Shown here piece by piece: positions 37,861-49,999 of a stretch of 64,000 nucleotides of DNA; position 1 is the stretch's first letter; the number at the start of each line of letters is the position of its first letter. Origin of the DNA: Hydrolagus colliei (Eukaryota); the NCBI GenBank assembly GCA_035084275.1, contig CM068761.1, positions 8,432,001 to 8,496,000 of the forward strand. The letters run 5' to 3'. Below the pieces are notes generated by a model. That model worked only from the letters and a program-made list of their open reading frames with translations. It did not search any database and was not told where the DNA came from. Position numbers and translations under genes: made by a program.

Positions 37861-37901
37861 TTGGGCCGAGTGTGGTGCCAGGCCACAAACCGACTGACTT
37901 C

Positions 37902-38227
37902 TCAGCTGGTGTACTTGATGATGGCATTGATGCTCTCGAACATGGCATGTTTGGCCAGCTCACTCAGCAGCAGCAGCCTGACCGCCATCTGGATCTCCCA
38001 CGATGAGATGGTTTGCCACTTGCTGCACGATATCAGGTAACAGGCCTCACAGTCAATCCACTCAACGATGTCATTGACGAACGAGTTCACCACAGTCATG
38101 GCCGACGATGAGAAGCCCATGTTCTTGTGGACCTGCTTCAGCACCTATGAGGTGTAACTCTGTGTCCTGCGCGTGCGGCATCTAACCCAGCTGATCGTCC
38201 GCCACCGTCGCTATTTTCAGGGACCAC
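37902..38227 (-). pseudogene. Histone H2B pseudogene, copy 4
   Basis: ORF 37902-38144: [59 protein letters not shown]; N-terminus disrupted. Confidence 0.9.
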
Positions 38228-40440
38228 CAAAATGATCAGCGGCTTGTGCTGTCTTTCCAATGTGAAAGGTGCTCCATAAATGTAATTTGGTTGTTCTTCA
38301 GTCGCATATTTCTATGTTCTGTTAAGAAGTTTGATCAGTTTAATCAAAATAATCCTAACTATGATAAAGATAACTGGATAGGTGGGCTATATCATCTGCT
38401 CCAATGACTTTAAACAACATCCAATTGTGACCACATGCCATAATGCACATGAAGAAGAAAACACTTTGTATCCTGTCCAGCAATGACACAATTAAAATTA
38501 ACATTGACTTCAATAACCATCTATGATTCTATGATTCTATGGCTGAGAAACTGTAAGATATTAATATGCACAAATTGGCTTCCACATTTTCCTAAATAAT
38601 ATACGCCATACATCCAGTAAAGCATCACTTCAAAAGAAAAGTCGTCCTTAAATGAAAGGTATTTTCTCAAAGATATTATTAATTATTTCATTTTTAATAC
38701 CCTTTTTTTATTGGATTTCTATGCATTAGCAAATCATTTGAACTTGACCTGTCCAAAATGTACATTGAATCAACACATGCTTCAATACAAGCGAGTTTTC
38801 AAATTTGAAGACTTGAGTAGATCACCTTCTGAAATGCACTAGTGTGTATGTCCTACACTAGTGGAGGTGCCATCCTTTGGATTACACTTGAAACCAAATA
38901 CCATTTTCTTGTTAGTTTGGAAGCTAAGGATCCCATGTCACAATGCAAACGGGGAACAAAGCGTTTGGTGTCCTGGCCAACAATTGCCCCAAATAAAACT
39001 ATCATTCATTTCAAGGCTGTTTGTGAAACATCACCATATACTAATTTGCTGCTACATTTTTCCAAACAGCATGTACAGTATATTCCGTGAAGCAACGTGT
39101 CAGGTCCTCTTGATACGAAACGTGCTTTGTCAAAAGTATTATCTATTTATTTCATTTAACAGTAAATGTTTTATGGAAGTGTGCAGTTTAAAAATGAATG
39201 CAGTGTTGGGTTTTCTACGCAGGTGCAAGTTACGTTGACGTATCCTAAATGTGCATGGGATCAGCGCATGGACAGAATTGAATACACGTGAGTGGGAACT
39301 CCGGGGGAAATCTTCACTTGAGGACTGTTCTTCCTTTAGTGCGTTGTGTAACTTTAATCTGCTTTTACGCTTCCCGTTCCAGTCTATATCACAATTTCCA
39401 TGTCAATGACATGTCCAGAAGATGGGACGTATGTGTTTGTATATTGATGCCATTACATCTCTGTTCCCTGAAAGGAAAAATAGATTAACAACATGTTTTT
39501 AGCAGAAAATGCAGTGGCTGCAAATTAATTCACTGTGGCACTGATCTGGCTGTGATTTACACAGGTTGACTCCAGTTTCTTTTAAAGGGAACGTAATCGA
39601 AAAAATGTGTGGACAACCTGTGTGTGGATTTTATTTGGTATTTTGTTTTGAATTGGTGTCATAACAAATATATTTATAAATATATACATGTTTTCAAAAA
39701 ATCATAAACCTATCTTTTTTCGTACCACGACTGTCTCCAGGTAAATCCCTTGGATCGAACAAGAAATAACTGTCAAAAAGTCAAAACAAACCCAAATATG
39801 TCGATATGTGTGTGTGAGGGACGGGTAATAGCAAATGACAGTCGCCCCTATCGATGAATGTGTTGCTGATCCCAAGGCTGGCTGATCAAGAGAGCCGCCG
39901 GACTGTATTCATTGTTTCTAACTTTGCCTGAAAGAAACGTTCCTTTATCATCGGGGAATGTGAATCGCGCTATTATTCTGCTGTTAAATATATTACATCT
40001 GCAGTGAGGCATGGTGCAGCAAAGGGAATCCTAGCGTGAGGGCAGGGCTGGTACCTGCCAGAAGGTGAATTGGAAAAAAGTATTTCAGGAATAGACAAAC
40101 CGTATTTGTGGGGATCCCTGTCAGCGGCTGTGAAGTGTGACTTGCACGGCAGGGTCTGTATCAGTTCAGGTGAGGCTTGTCAGTGTATAAACTGTAACTG
40201 AATGAAAAGATGAAACTTTCCCAACTACAAATTATCTTTCGTCGGAACAATCTTCACAAGCGAATAAATCTCTTTGTACCTGGGCAAGCGAATCTTGCAG
40301 GATTCACACACACTGCAAAGCGGTGAACTACATGAACATTTAATAGAATAAGACCACGACACTGTCAATAATTGAAGTTTGTGCTGTTTAAAAAAACTCT
40401 GTTTCACACTGCAAATGAAAACTAGCATCATTTTCTGATG

Positions 40441-40720
40441 TCTTGTAGGTCAGTTTAGAACACTTGCCTTACAATCGAGTGACCTGGGTTTGATTCGTCA
40501 GGGCGAAACCTTGGGTAAATTTCCTTACCCCACACGCCCGTTAATAATCCCTAAACCCCCCACCCCCCATAATAAATTGGTCATTTCACGACTGTTTGTT
40601 GGAAACAACTTTGCGTAATTGGCTGCCCCTTTCGCTCACACATATACAGTATATTCTGTGAAGCGCTATCGGACGTCTAGAAGACGTGAAAAGCACCATT
40701 TCAAATGAAGGATTATTATT
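40441..40720 (+). mobile_element. Deu-domain SINE upstream of gene 3 promoter
   Basis: Homolog of 11461-11735. Confidence 0.7.
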
Positions 40721-40870
40721 ACTTTATCAAGGTCTTCAGGTTGACACATTATTCAATGTTACCATGAAACAAATTTTGATATCCGAGCGGTAAGTTGGTT
40801 CAAATTTGCAAGATGCTACATCTGCTGTTCAGAACAAGGATTCCTATTGGACGATGGGAGCCGGAGGACA

Positions 40871-40878
40871 ATTTGCAT
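40871..40878 (+). promoter_or_regulatory. Ig promoter octamer, gene 3
   Basis: ATTTGCAT 125 nt before ATG. Confidence 0.85.
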
Positions 40879-41002
40879 CAATTGTGAATTCAACTGGACT
40901 TGCATCACCTGATGGTTCTTAAGGAGAAGTTTACAAACGAGCAGTAAAGTGGCTTTTGTCTGTGAATCACTAATTTCTCCGATGTTCATCAAACTGTTCA
41001 AA

Positions 41003-41051
41003 ATGGGCGATTCGCTGCGAGTTCTGGCCGCTTTGCTCCTGTGTCTGCATG
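41003..41051 (+). CDS. IGL: Ig lambda light chain gene 3, leader exon (MGDSLRVLAALLLCLH-G)
   Basis: ATG at 41003, signal peptide, GTAAG donor at 41052. Confidence 0.95.
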
Positions 41052-41177
41052 GTAAGCGTTGCGGAATCCGCACTGATCTCAATTACCTTCACTTTGTACA
41101 GTTAGTTCTACAGTGTGACCTATCTACAGTGTGACCTATCTACAGTGTGACTTATCTGTGACTTGTTATTTCTCCAG

Positions 41178-41534
41178 GAACAACCGCAGCTGTTACCCTG
41201 ACTCAGCCACCGTCCATCTCAACCTCCCCGGGAAACACCGTCAAGATCACCTGTACCATGTCCGGAGGCAGCATCGGCAGCTACTTCACGAGCTGGTACC
41301 AGCAGAAGCCTGGCAGCGTCCCTGTGTTTGTTTGGTATGCGCGGAGTGGCAGCGCCACCAGAGGTCAGGGGATTTCTGGTCGATTCACTGGTTCTGTGGA
41401 CTCATCGAGCAACGCCATGCATTTAACCATCAGCGGTGTGCAGCCGGAGGACGTTGCCGATTACTATTGTGCTGTCTGGTATGGCAGCAGCTATCCCTTC
41501 ATGTTTGGTAAAGGGATCAAGCTGAGTTTGAAAA
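41178..41534 (+). CDS. IGL: Ig lambda light chain gene 3, germline-joined VJ exon
   Basis: Open frame ..WYARSGSATRGQG..DYYCAVWYGSSYPFMFGKGIKLSLK; AG/GT splice sites. Spliced gene gives 242 aa. Confidence 0.96.
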
Positions 41535-43595
41535 GTAAGTGATCTTGTTTCGACTTTAGATGATTATTGTGATCACGTCAGGAGGACGTCCAAATATAAT
41601 TGTATGTTTGTCTGTATTCGATATTGTTTCACACGCTTTCTGTGATAGTCGCTTCTGGTTTCCTAATGATAAACCTTTTATGTGGAAATCGAAAATTTTA
41701 ACGAATCAAACACGGGAAACCTGATCTTAACTGAAAATCTGTGAAGAATTTGGACGGATATTACAGCCAACTAACAATGCTAAACAGGTGGAGGAAGGAA
41801 TGACATGAGCGAAGAAGAGAAAATCGTGATGATATTTATATTTAACAGTCTGAAGGACTGAATATGTCAGATTCACTGAAGCACCGCTTAGAGATCTTGG
41901 TAAGGAATGAGCTACACCAGGGAAATGAGTTAATATTTCACACCTGAGATTGAAGTTAATTCTCTTTGTGCCAGATTGTTTAATTTCTATGTTTACTTGT
42001 TAACCTCTTTCCCCAGTTTGTCAGCACGAAGTGATGTTTAAAAGAATGTCCATAATAAGCAGATCAACAGCATCGTGCCATCTGGTGATTGTCGCTGGTG
42101 TCTAATGAACCGATTGGTGAGCGGTTGAATCTCAGAGGGAACCGGATACCCTGAAAATAGTGTTCGTCTGTGACTAACTGATCATTTTGAAAATTTAAAC
42201 TTCTTTGAGACTGAGTAACATTACGTGTAACTGATATAAGGGTGATGTAGAATCACTGTAGCGGAGTTTGTTCTCAGCATTATTACGAATTCAAATCCAA
42301 TGAATTATTTTTAGAATAATTCAAATCTTATAATCTGCTCCGTGTTATTGCCATAAACAGTCTTTGCATTTTAACATTTTTCTATTCCAGAGTTCTATTC
42401 GGATTTGTTCAAATATTTTATTTTCTCTCCATTACCCCAATTAAAATAAATTTCCATTTTACCATTAATTGAACGCATTTATATTCAGATTTCTAATTTT
42501 ACAAACGTAGTGTTTTCTCCCAATTCCGTGGATGATGTCGCTAAGGGCAGCACCATTGGAGATACGCAATAATATCATGGTTTTTACCACAAGTTGCTGT
42601 AGTTGGTCAGATGGGAATCATCGCTCATTAACGACAGAGGCTGAGCGCCGGCTCAATCTGGTCAAAATACATTTTCTTCCTTGAAAATTAACTTTATTAT
42701 TGCCCTCAGGCATCATATTAAAGGGATTCCGATTTGTGAGTTGTGTATTGTGATTTCTGTATTGTGTATTATGATTTGTGTATTGTTTCTTTTGATTTGT
42801 GTATTTTGCGCTGTTAATTATGAATTAAAATCAGCAAATACGGTGCCAAATAAATTAGTGTGAAATCGGAAGCCCCTCTCTGTAACCAATCAAACATTGG
42901 ATTCTGATTGTGCTCTTTAATTGTTTTTCAGTGCAGAGTGTTTGGTCAAAAGGAAAACGTTTATTTTCTTCCTATTTTCAGTTTGTTAGTCGCTATACAA
43001 ACTCTATCGAATTAATAATGATGTTTCACTGCGCTTTCAGCCAGCCGCTCCCGCCACATACTCCTTGTGACGCGACATTTAGTGTCCAGTGTTATTTCTT
43101 ATGATTGTATATACTAATTATTTGAATTGAGGAAAATTTGAATGTTTCCCACTACTGCAAAAAAAACCTATAATAAATTGGTCATTTCAATCCACGACAG
43201 TTTGTGAGACACTGCTGTGCGCAATTGGCTGCCTACAGTATATTTTGAGAAATTGAAGACGCCAAGAGCACGATATCAAATGCGAGGATTATTATGATTA
43301 TTGTTGAGCTCTCAGCAGCAAACTATTGATAGTATAATAATGAACGGTGTGTGATGGTGTATGATGACCCCAACACTCATTGTTCCCTTTATATTGTTAC
43401 ACTTTGTCACAGTTGAAATTACCGTGTAAAACTCTACAGGAGAAAATGTTTTACCATTTACAGGAATATGCAATACTGTATATGATTATTTGTTGGTGAT
43501 CCTGAAGTTTTGTGGTGGTATTCAACATGTAAATTGTAATTTAAAATGTTAAAAAAATTAATATTAATGTTTTTTTATCCACATTTTTGTTCCAG

Positions 43596-43918
43596 ACCCA
43601 CGGGCACCTTCGGTGACTGTCCTTCCGCCGTCACCAGATCAAATCACAGCAAAGAGCAAGGCGACCCTGGTGTGTCTGGTGAATGATTTTACCCCTGGAG
43701 CTGTGGAGGTCAAGTGGACTGTGGATGGCAGCGCCAGAAGTGAAGGTGTTGAAACGAGTGCGATCAAGCAGGAGGAGGACAACACGTACAGTGTGAGCAG
43801 TTATCTGACTCTGCCAGCCTCCGAGTGGGAGACACACGAGCTGTATTCCTGTCTGGTCAAACACGAGACTCGGGGGACTCCGCTGGAAAAAACCATCGCC
43901 AGATCCAGTTGTATCTAA
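43596..43918 (+). CDS. IGL: Ig lambda light chain gene 3, constant exon C3
   Basis: Acceptor at 43595, intact C domain ending RSSCI-stop. Confidence 0.96.
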
Positions 43919-44230
43919 ATTAGGAATATACAGAGCTAGTAGACTTTGTCTTTGGCAATCTACATTAATAATAAGAACTGTATTAATAAGTGTTTGGAAA
44001 TTAATGTAATTCTGTCAGGAATGCCCAAATTGAAAAATAAATTCGCTAAAATACCTCCGATAAATTTCCAACTAAAGGAAATAAGATGTTAGATTTTTAA
44101 GTAGAGTAGTACAAAACGGCAATAATAATTTTTCTGTTTCCTGTATTCAATGGTTGTATTTTATAGTTGTTCACGATGCAAGAATCAAACGCCCTGTGTA
44201 ACATTTCAGAAATAAGAAATACTACAGTTT

Positions 44231-44236
44231 AATAAA
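44231..44236 (+). terminator. Polyadenylation signal after C3
   Basis: AATAAA in the same context as after C1. Confidence 0.6.
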
Positions 44237-45559
44237 ATAATCTTTCATTGCCATCTGTGCCATGGCTATTTTTCTTCCATTTCTTCTCTTAATTTCATTA
44301 TTATTTTGTCTAAAACACGAAGTTGCTCTGATCAATTAAACATACACGCAGTATTTATATGCCTTTGAAATTTATCGAGCAGAATTTTGGAAACATCTTA
44401 ATCTTGGTCGCTAATTGGGATCCTTTTAATGTTGTTATTAAAAAGAACCATCCTTCAAAGTAAACTCAGCATCAATTAAAATTTAAGTGAATTCAAATTA
44501 TCGCACAATATTCAGTGTTAAGTCATGATTGTTGTTACAGGCTGAGCACGTGTGAAATGCTCTCCTCAACAATACTGTACATCCACCTTGGGTTTGGAAG
44601 ATAATTCATTTAGATACTATTGCCCCCTGCCTCTCCAGCCCGCCAATCTCTATAGAACTAAAGCAAAGTATTACTCAAGCACTTCACTCGATCGTTATGC
44701 TGAGCTTTTGTGTTGTCAATAGGAGTCATAACGTATTGAAAGGTTAGATGACCATCAGATGCAAATGAAATATCAAAATGTACCCACTCCGAAGAGCTCA
44801 TTGTAGAGTTACTCCCCTCCCCACCCCGTGGTCAGTGAGCTCCAAACCTGCCTTAAAGATACCAACTTCCGCATTGCAGCATTGCACAGACCTTTTAACA
44901 CACGCAGGTGCCCCTGGAGTTTCTTTAAATACTTTAATCTGTTGTCCATTCTTGTCAATATGAGACCATGTTCTCCATTCACGTAATATAGTTTGCTGCT
45001 CTCCTAGTCTAAGAATTTGCATTTGTTAATGTTTATGAATGGTTATCACAACCAACCAGGTCCAAGATCCGCGTTTACACATTTTGACTCACGCGCTAAT
45101 TTGTGAGTAAAAACTGTAAATGTTGATTGTACTTCATGGGGGAGGAGGATTCAAAAATGTTATTTTGGTCATCGTTCACCACCATTTTATATTCTGTTTT
45201 GGTGGGCCTAATGCCGGAAAACGCATACTGATACGGCATGAACTTGTATTTAATAACAACGATACTTAGGAAATCGTTTTAACATAGTGGATATATAATC
45301 TCTTTAAGTAATTATCAGTACTGGATCTGATCAAGTAACGTTGGGGATTTGTTGTTAAAAAATGTGATTTTAAGTGAAATACCGTATAGGGTAACCTAAA
45401 TTACCATAGGCCCCCATGCTATCAACAGGGATTACGTGTCTTGAGTACATTTCTGGTTTAAATTTTCTTACACTAATGTTAAATAAAGATCAAAAACAAC
45501 ACCACTAGTATTCAAAATAAAAAGTTTAAAGTTTAATAAACACATAAATTGGATAATAG

Positions 45560-46305
45560 CAACAAAATGACATTGATAGAGCGCCTTTCATGTCAGGAGG
45601 ATGTCCCAAGTCGCTGAACAGACAGGTCAGGTCTCGATCAGTTATATGGGGGGTGGGGGGAAGGACAATAGGAAAGGGGGGAGTGTTAGGCAGTGAGGAG
45701 AAGGCACGGTCAAAGAGCAAGATGTTGCGACCGACCTAAAAGGAGGAAAGGGAGGAAGAGAGGTGAATGGGTTGTGGAATGGAGTTCCAGAGTGTGGGGC
45801 AGAGTGGCTGAAAGCCGGGCCACTATGATAGGTCAGTTTCGGGTGGGGGACATGGAGCAGGAAAGAGCCCGCTGAACAGTGGGGATGGGCAGTCTGATAG
45901 GGAGTCAGTAGGTTGGAAAGATAGGCTGGGGCAAGGCCATGAATAGCCTTGAAACTGAGGTTGAGGATCTGGAATTTAACTGTGTGGATGATGGGGAGCG
46001 GGCGAGGTCGGGAGTGATGTGGTCGCGTAGCATAATGCAGGAGAGTCCATGAGCTGCAGAGTTTTGAATAATATTCTGTAGTTGAGCCTAGATGTGATGA
46101 AAGCGTGGATGAGTGTTTCAGCAACATGGGGGATGAGGTAGTGGCGGAGTCTATCAATGTTGCGGAGGTGTTGGTAGGCTGTACCGGTCATGGAGCGGAT
46201 TTGTGGGTGGAAGGATACTTTGGGGTTGAACAACACACCCAGATTCTTGACTGTCTTCAAGAGGTGGAGAGTGCACCCTTGAATGCCGATGTTGCCAGCA
46301 TCTGA
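45560..46305 (-). mobile_element. L2 3' fragment (homolog of 16870-17640), cut by a deletion junction
   Basis: Close similarity to 16870-17640; ends abruptly at TGAGCTGT. Confidence 0.85.
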
Positions 46306-47735
46306 GCTGTTCAATCTCATAGGGAACCGGATACCCTGAAAATAGTGTTCGTCTGTGACTAACTGATCATTTTGAAAATTTAAACTTCTTTGAGACTGAG
46401 CAACATTATGTGTAACTGATATATGGATGATAGAGCATAACTGTAGAGGAGTTTGTTCTCAACATCATTATGCTTTCGAAACGAATCCATTAATTTAAAA
46501 ATAACTCAAATGTTATAATCTGCTCCGTGTTGTTGCCATAAACAGTTTTCGCATTTTAGTATTTTTCTATTCCAGAGATCTATTCGGATTTCTTCAAATG
46601 TTTTATTTTCTCCCCACTCCCCCCATTAAAATACGTTTCTACCTTACAATATAATGCGCACATTTATCTTCAGATTTCTAATTTTAGAAACGTATTATTT
46701 TCTCCCAATGCCATGGTTGATGTCACTAAGGGCAGCACCCTTGGAGAGACTCAATAATATCATGTTTTTTCACCATAAGTTGCTGCAGTTGGTCAGATGG
46801 GAATCATCGCTCATTAAAGAGAGAGGCTGAGCGCCGGCTCAATCTGGTCAAAATACATTTTCTCCCTTGCAAGTTAACTTTATTATTTCCCTCGGGCATC
46901 ATATTAAAGGGATTCCGATTTATGTATTATGTATTGTGATTTGTGTATTGTACGCAATTAATTAGGAACTGAAATCAGCAAATACGGTGCCAAATAAATT
47001 ATTGTGAAATCGGAAGCTCCTCTCTGCAACAAATCAAAGGTTGCATTCTGATTGTGCTCATGAACTGTTTTTCAGTGCAGAGTGTTTGGTCAAATGGAAA
47101 ACATTTGTTTTCTTCCTAGTTTCAGGTTCTTACTCTCTATACAAACTCTATACAATTAATAATGATGTTTCACTGAGCTTTCAATCAGCAGCTCGCGCCA
47201 CATACTCCCTGTGACGCGATATTTAGTGTCTGGTGTTATTTCTTCTGATAGTGGTATTCATTACTTCAACACAGGACAATTTGAACAAGTGTTCCCTACT
47301 GCCAAAAACACTATCATAAATTGGTCATTTCAATCCACGACTGATAGTGAGACACCGCTGTGCGCAATTGGCTGCCTATGGTATATTTTGAGAAATTTGA
47401 GACGTCAAGAGCACTATATCAAAAGCGACGATTATTATCCTTATTATTGTTGAGTTCTCAGCAGCAAACTATTGATAGTGTAGTAATGAACGGTGTGTGG
47501 TGGTGTTTGATGACCCCAACACTCATTGTTCCCTTCACATTGTTACACTTTGGCACAGTTGAAAAGTACCGTCTAAAACTCTACCCAAGATTTTTTTTTA
47601 CCATTTACAGGAATATGAATTACTATAGGATTATTTATTGGTGATCCTGAAGTTTTGTCCTGTTATTCAACAGTCGATTGTAACTTAACATGAAAAAAAA
47701 CAATTAAAACTTTTTTATCCACATTTTTGTTCCAG

Positions 47736-48058
47736 ACCCACGGGCCCCTTCAGTGACTGTCCTTCCGCCGTCACCAGATCAAATCACAGCAAAGAGCAAG
47801 GCGACCCTGGTGTGTCTGGTGAATGATTTTACCCCGGGAGCTGTGGAGGTCAAGTGGACTGTGGATGGCAGTGCCAGAAGTGAAGGTGTTGAAACGAGTG
47901 CGATCAAGCAGGAGGTGGACAACACGTACAGCGTGAGCAGTTATCTGACTCTGCCAGCCTCCGAGTGGGAGTCACACGAGCTGTATTCCTGTCTGGTCAA
48001 ACACGAGACTCGGGGGACTCCGCTGGAAAAAACCATCGCCAGATCAAGTTGTATCTAA
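47736..48058 (+). CDS. IGL: Orphan Ig lambda constant exon C4 (intact frame, no own promoter, leader or VJ)
   Basis: Acceptor at 47735, open C domain, AATAAA at 48153; preceded by only the distal ~1.4 kb of a J-C intron (from ~46305). Confidence 0.9.
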
Positions 48059-48152
48059 ATTAGGAACATAATGGTGGTACTTTACGGTGTGGTCACGCTG
48101 CAATAATGAAGCCCACTGTGTAACATTACATGTATAAGAAATACTATAGTTT

Positions 48153-48158
48153 AATAAA
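48153..48158 (+). terminator. Polyadenylation signal after C4
   Basis: AATAAA in the same context; 3' UTR shortened by a deletion relative to C2. Confidence 0.55.
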
Positions 48159-49030
48159 ATGATTCTTTCATTGCCCTCTATGCCGTGGCTATTTTTCTTC
48201 ATTTCTTCTTTTCATTTCATTATTATTTTATTTGAAACACGAACTTGATCTGATTAATTAAACTTGCAAGCAGTACTTATATACATTTGAAATTTATGCA
48301 TTAGAATTTTGGAAAGATCTTAAACTTGGTCGCTACTTTGGATCCTTTTCATCTTGTTGTTAAAAAGAACCATCCGACAAAGTAAACTCAACATCAATTA
48401 AAGTTAAAGTGAATTCAAGATATCGCACAATATTCAGTGTTAAGTCATGATTGTTGTTACAGGCTGAGCACGTGTGAAATGCTCTCCCCAACAATGCATT
48501 ATGTTTGGAAGATAATTCATTGAGATACTTTTGCCTCCTGCCTCTCCAGCCCGCCAATCTCTACAGAACTAAATCAAAGTATTACTCAAGTGCTTTATTC
48601 GATCATTATGCTGAGCTGTTGTGTTGTCAAAAGGAGTGACAACCTATTGAAAGGTGATATGACCATCAGATGCTAATGAAACATCACAATGTACCCACTC
48701 CGAAGAGCTCATTGTAGAGTTACTCCCGTCCACACCACGTGGCCAGTGAGCGCCAAGCCTGCGGTTGAGTAACGTACCAACTTTCGCATTGCAGCCTTTT
48801 AACACCCGCATGTGTCTCTGCAGATTCTTTCAGTCGTTTAAGCTGCTGTCAATTCTAGTCAATATTTTCACTTTATTGCAAACCATTAAATCGGTACGAT
48901 ATAATCATTAAATAGAATTGTTCTTTGTTGGTCGATATCAAAACAAGTTTAATGATTGAAATGGAACTATGGTAAGAGGAAGCTGGACAACGACTTGTCG
49001 GCAATATACCAATCGCAGCTGGTACTGATG

Positions 49031-49228
49031 TCATCGAAGCACAAAATACTACAGAAGCTGGGAATCTGAAACAAAAACAAAAGTTGCTGGGGAAGCTCAG
49101 CAGGTCAAACAGCATCCAAAATGTGGCTGTGGATACGGGTTTCGGTGAACACACAATCAAACACATTCAAGCAAATTTCTTTTGGATGCTGTTTGACCTG
49201 CTGAGTTTCGGCAGCATTTTTACTGATG
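49031..49228. mobile_element. Paralog of the 30063-30261 insertion
   Basis: TSD TACTGATG at 49023-49030 and 49221-49228; same inverted repeat. Confidence 0.75.
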
Positions 49229-49999
49229 TAATCGAGATGTTTATGTAACTCAGATGGAATGAATCTCAAGCTCTGGCTAATGTAATAATATAATAGCCTA
49301 TAGTTATGTTTGAATTGGGAGAATTCATTAGTTGGAAGAGAATAGTATAATTGATTGAACCAATAAAAACAATAAAATGAATGATACACTGAGCACAACC
49401 GGCAGTGAGCGGACCATGTTATCCATTCACATAACATAGTTTGCTGCTCTCCTAGTCTAAGAATTCGCATTTGATAGTGTTTATGAATGGTTATTTCAAC
49501 CGACCGGGTCCGAGATATACGTTTACACATTCTGACTCATGCGCTAATTTGTGAGTAAAAACTGCAAGTGTTGATTGTACTTCATGGGGGAGGAGGATTA
49601 AAAAATGTTATTTTGGTCATCGTTCAGCACCAGTTTATATTCTATTTGGGTGGGCCTAATGGCGGTAAACACATATTGATACGGCATAAACTTATGTTTA
49701 AATATAACGATACTTGGGAAATCGCTTTGACATAGTGGAGGTATATCTCTTTAAGTACTTATCAGTACTGGATCTTCCCAAGTAACCTAGGGGATGTGTT
49801 CTTAAAAAATGTGATTTTACAAGAAATACCATACAGTGAAACCTAAATTACCATAGGCCCCCATACTATCCACAGGAGTTAGGTTCCTTCAGTACATTTC
49901 TGGTTTAAATTTTCTTACACAAATATTAACTAAAGACCAAAATCAACACCGCAAGTATTGAAAATAAAATAAACGTTTAATGAATATATACATAAGATA

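Noticed and set aside
37902-38144. 80-aa H2B ORF as a functional histone gene
   Set aside because: Lacks the N-terminus, has many substitutions at invariant residues, shows no histone 3' stem-loop, and sister copies are frameshifted
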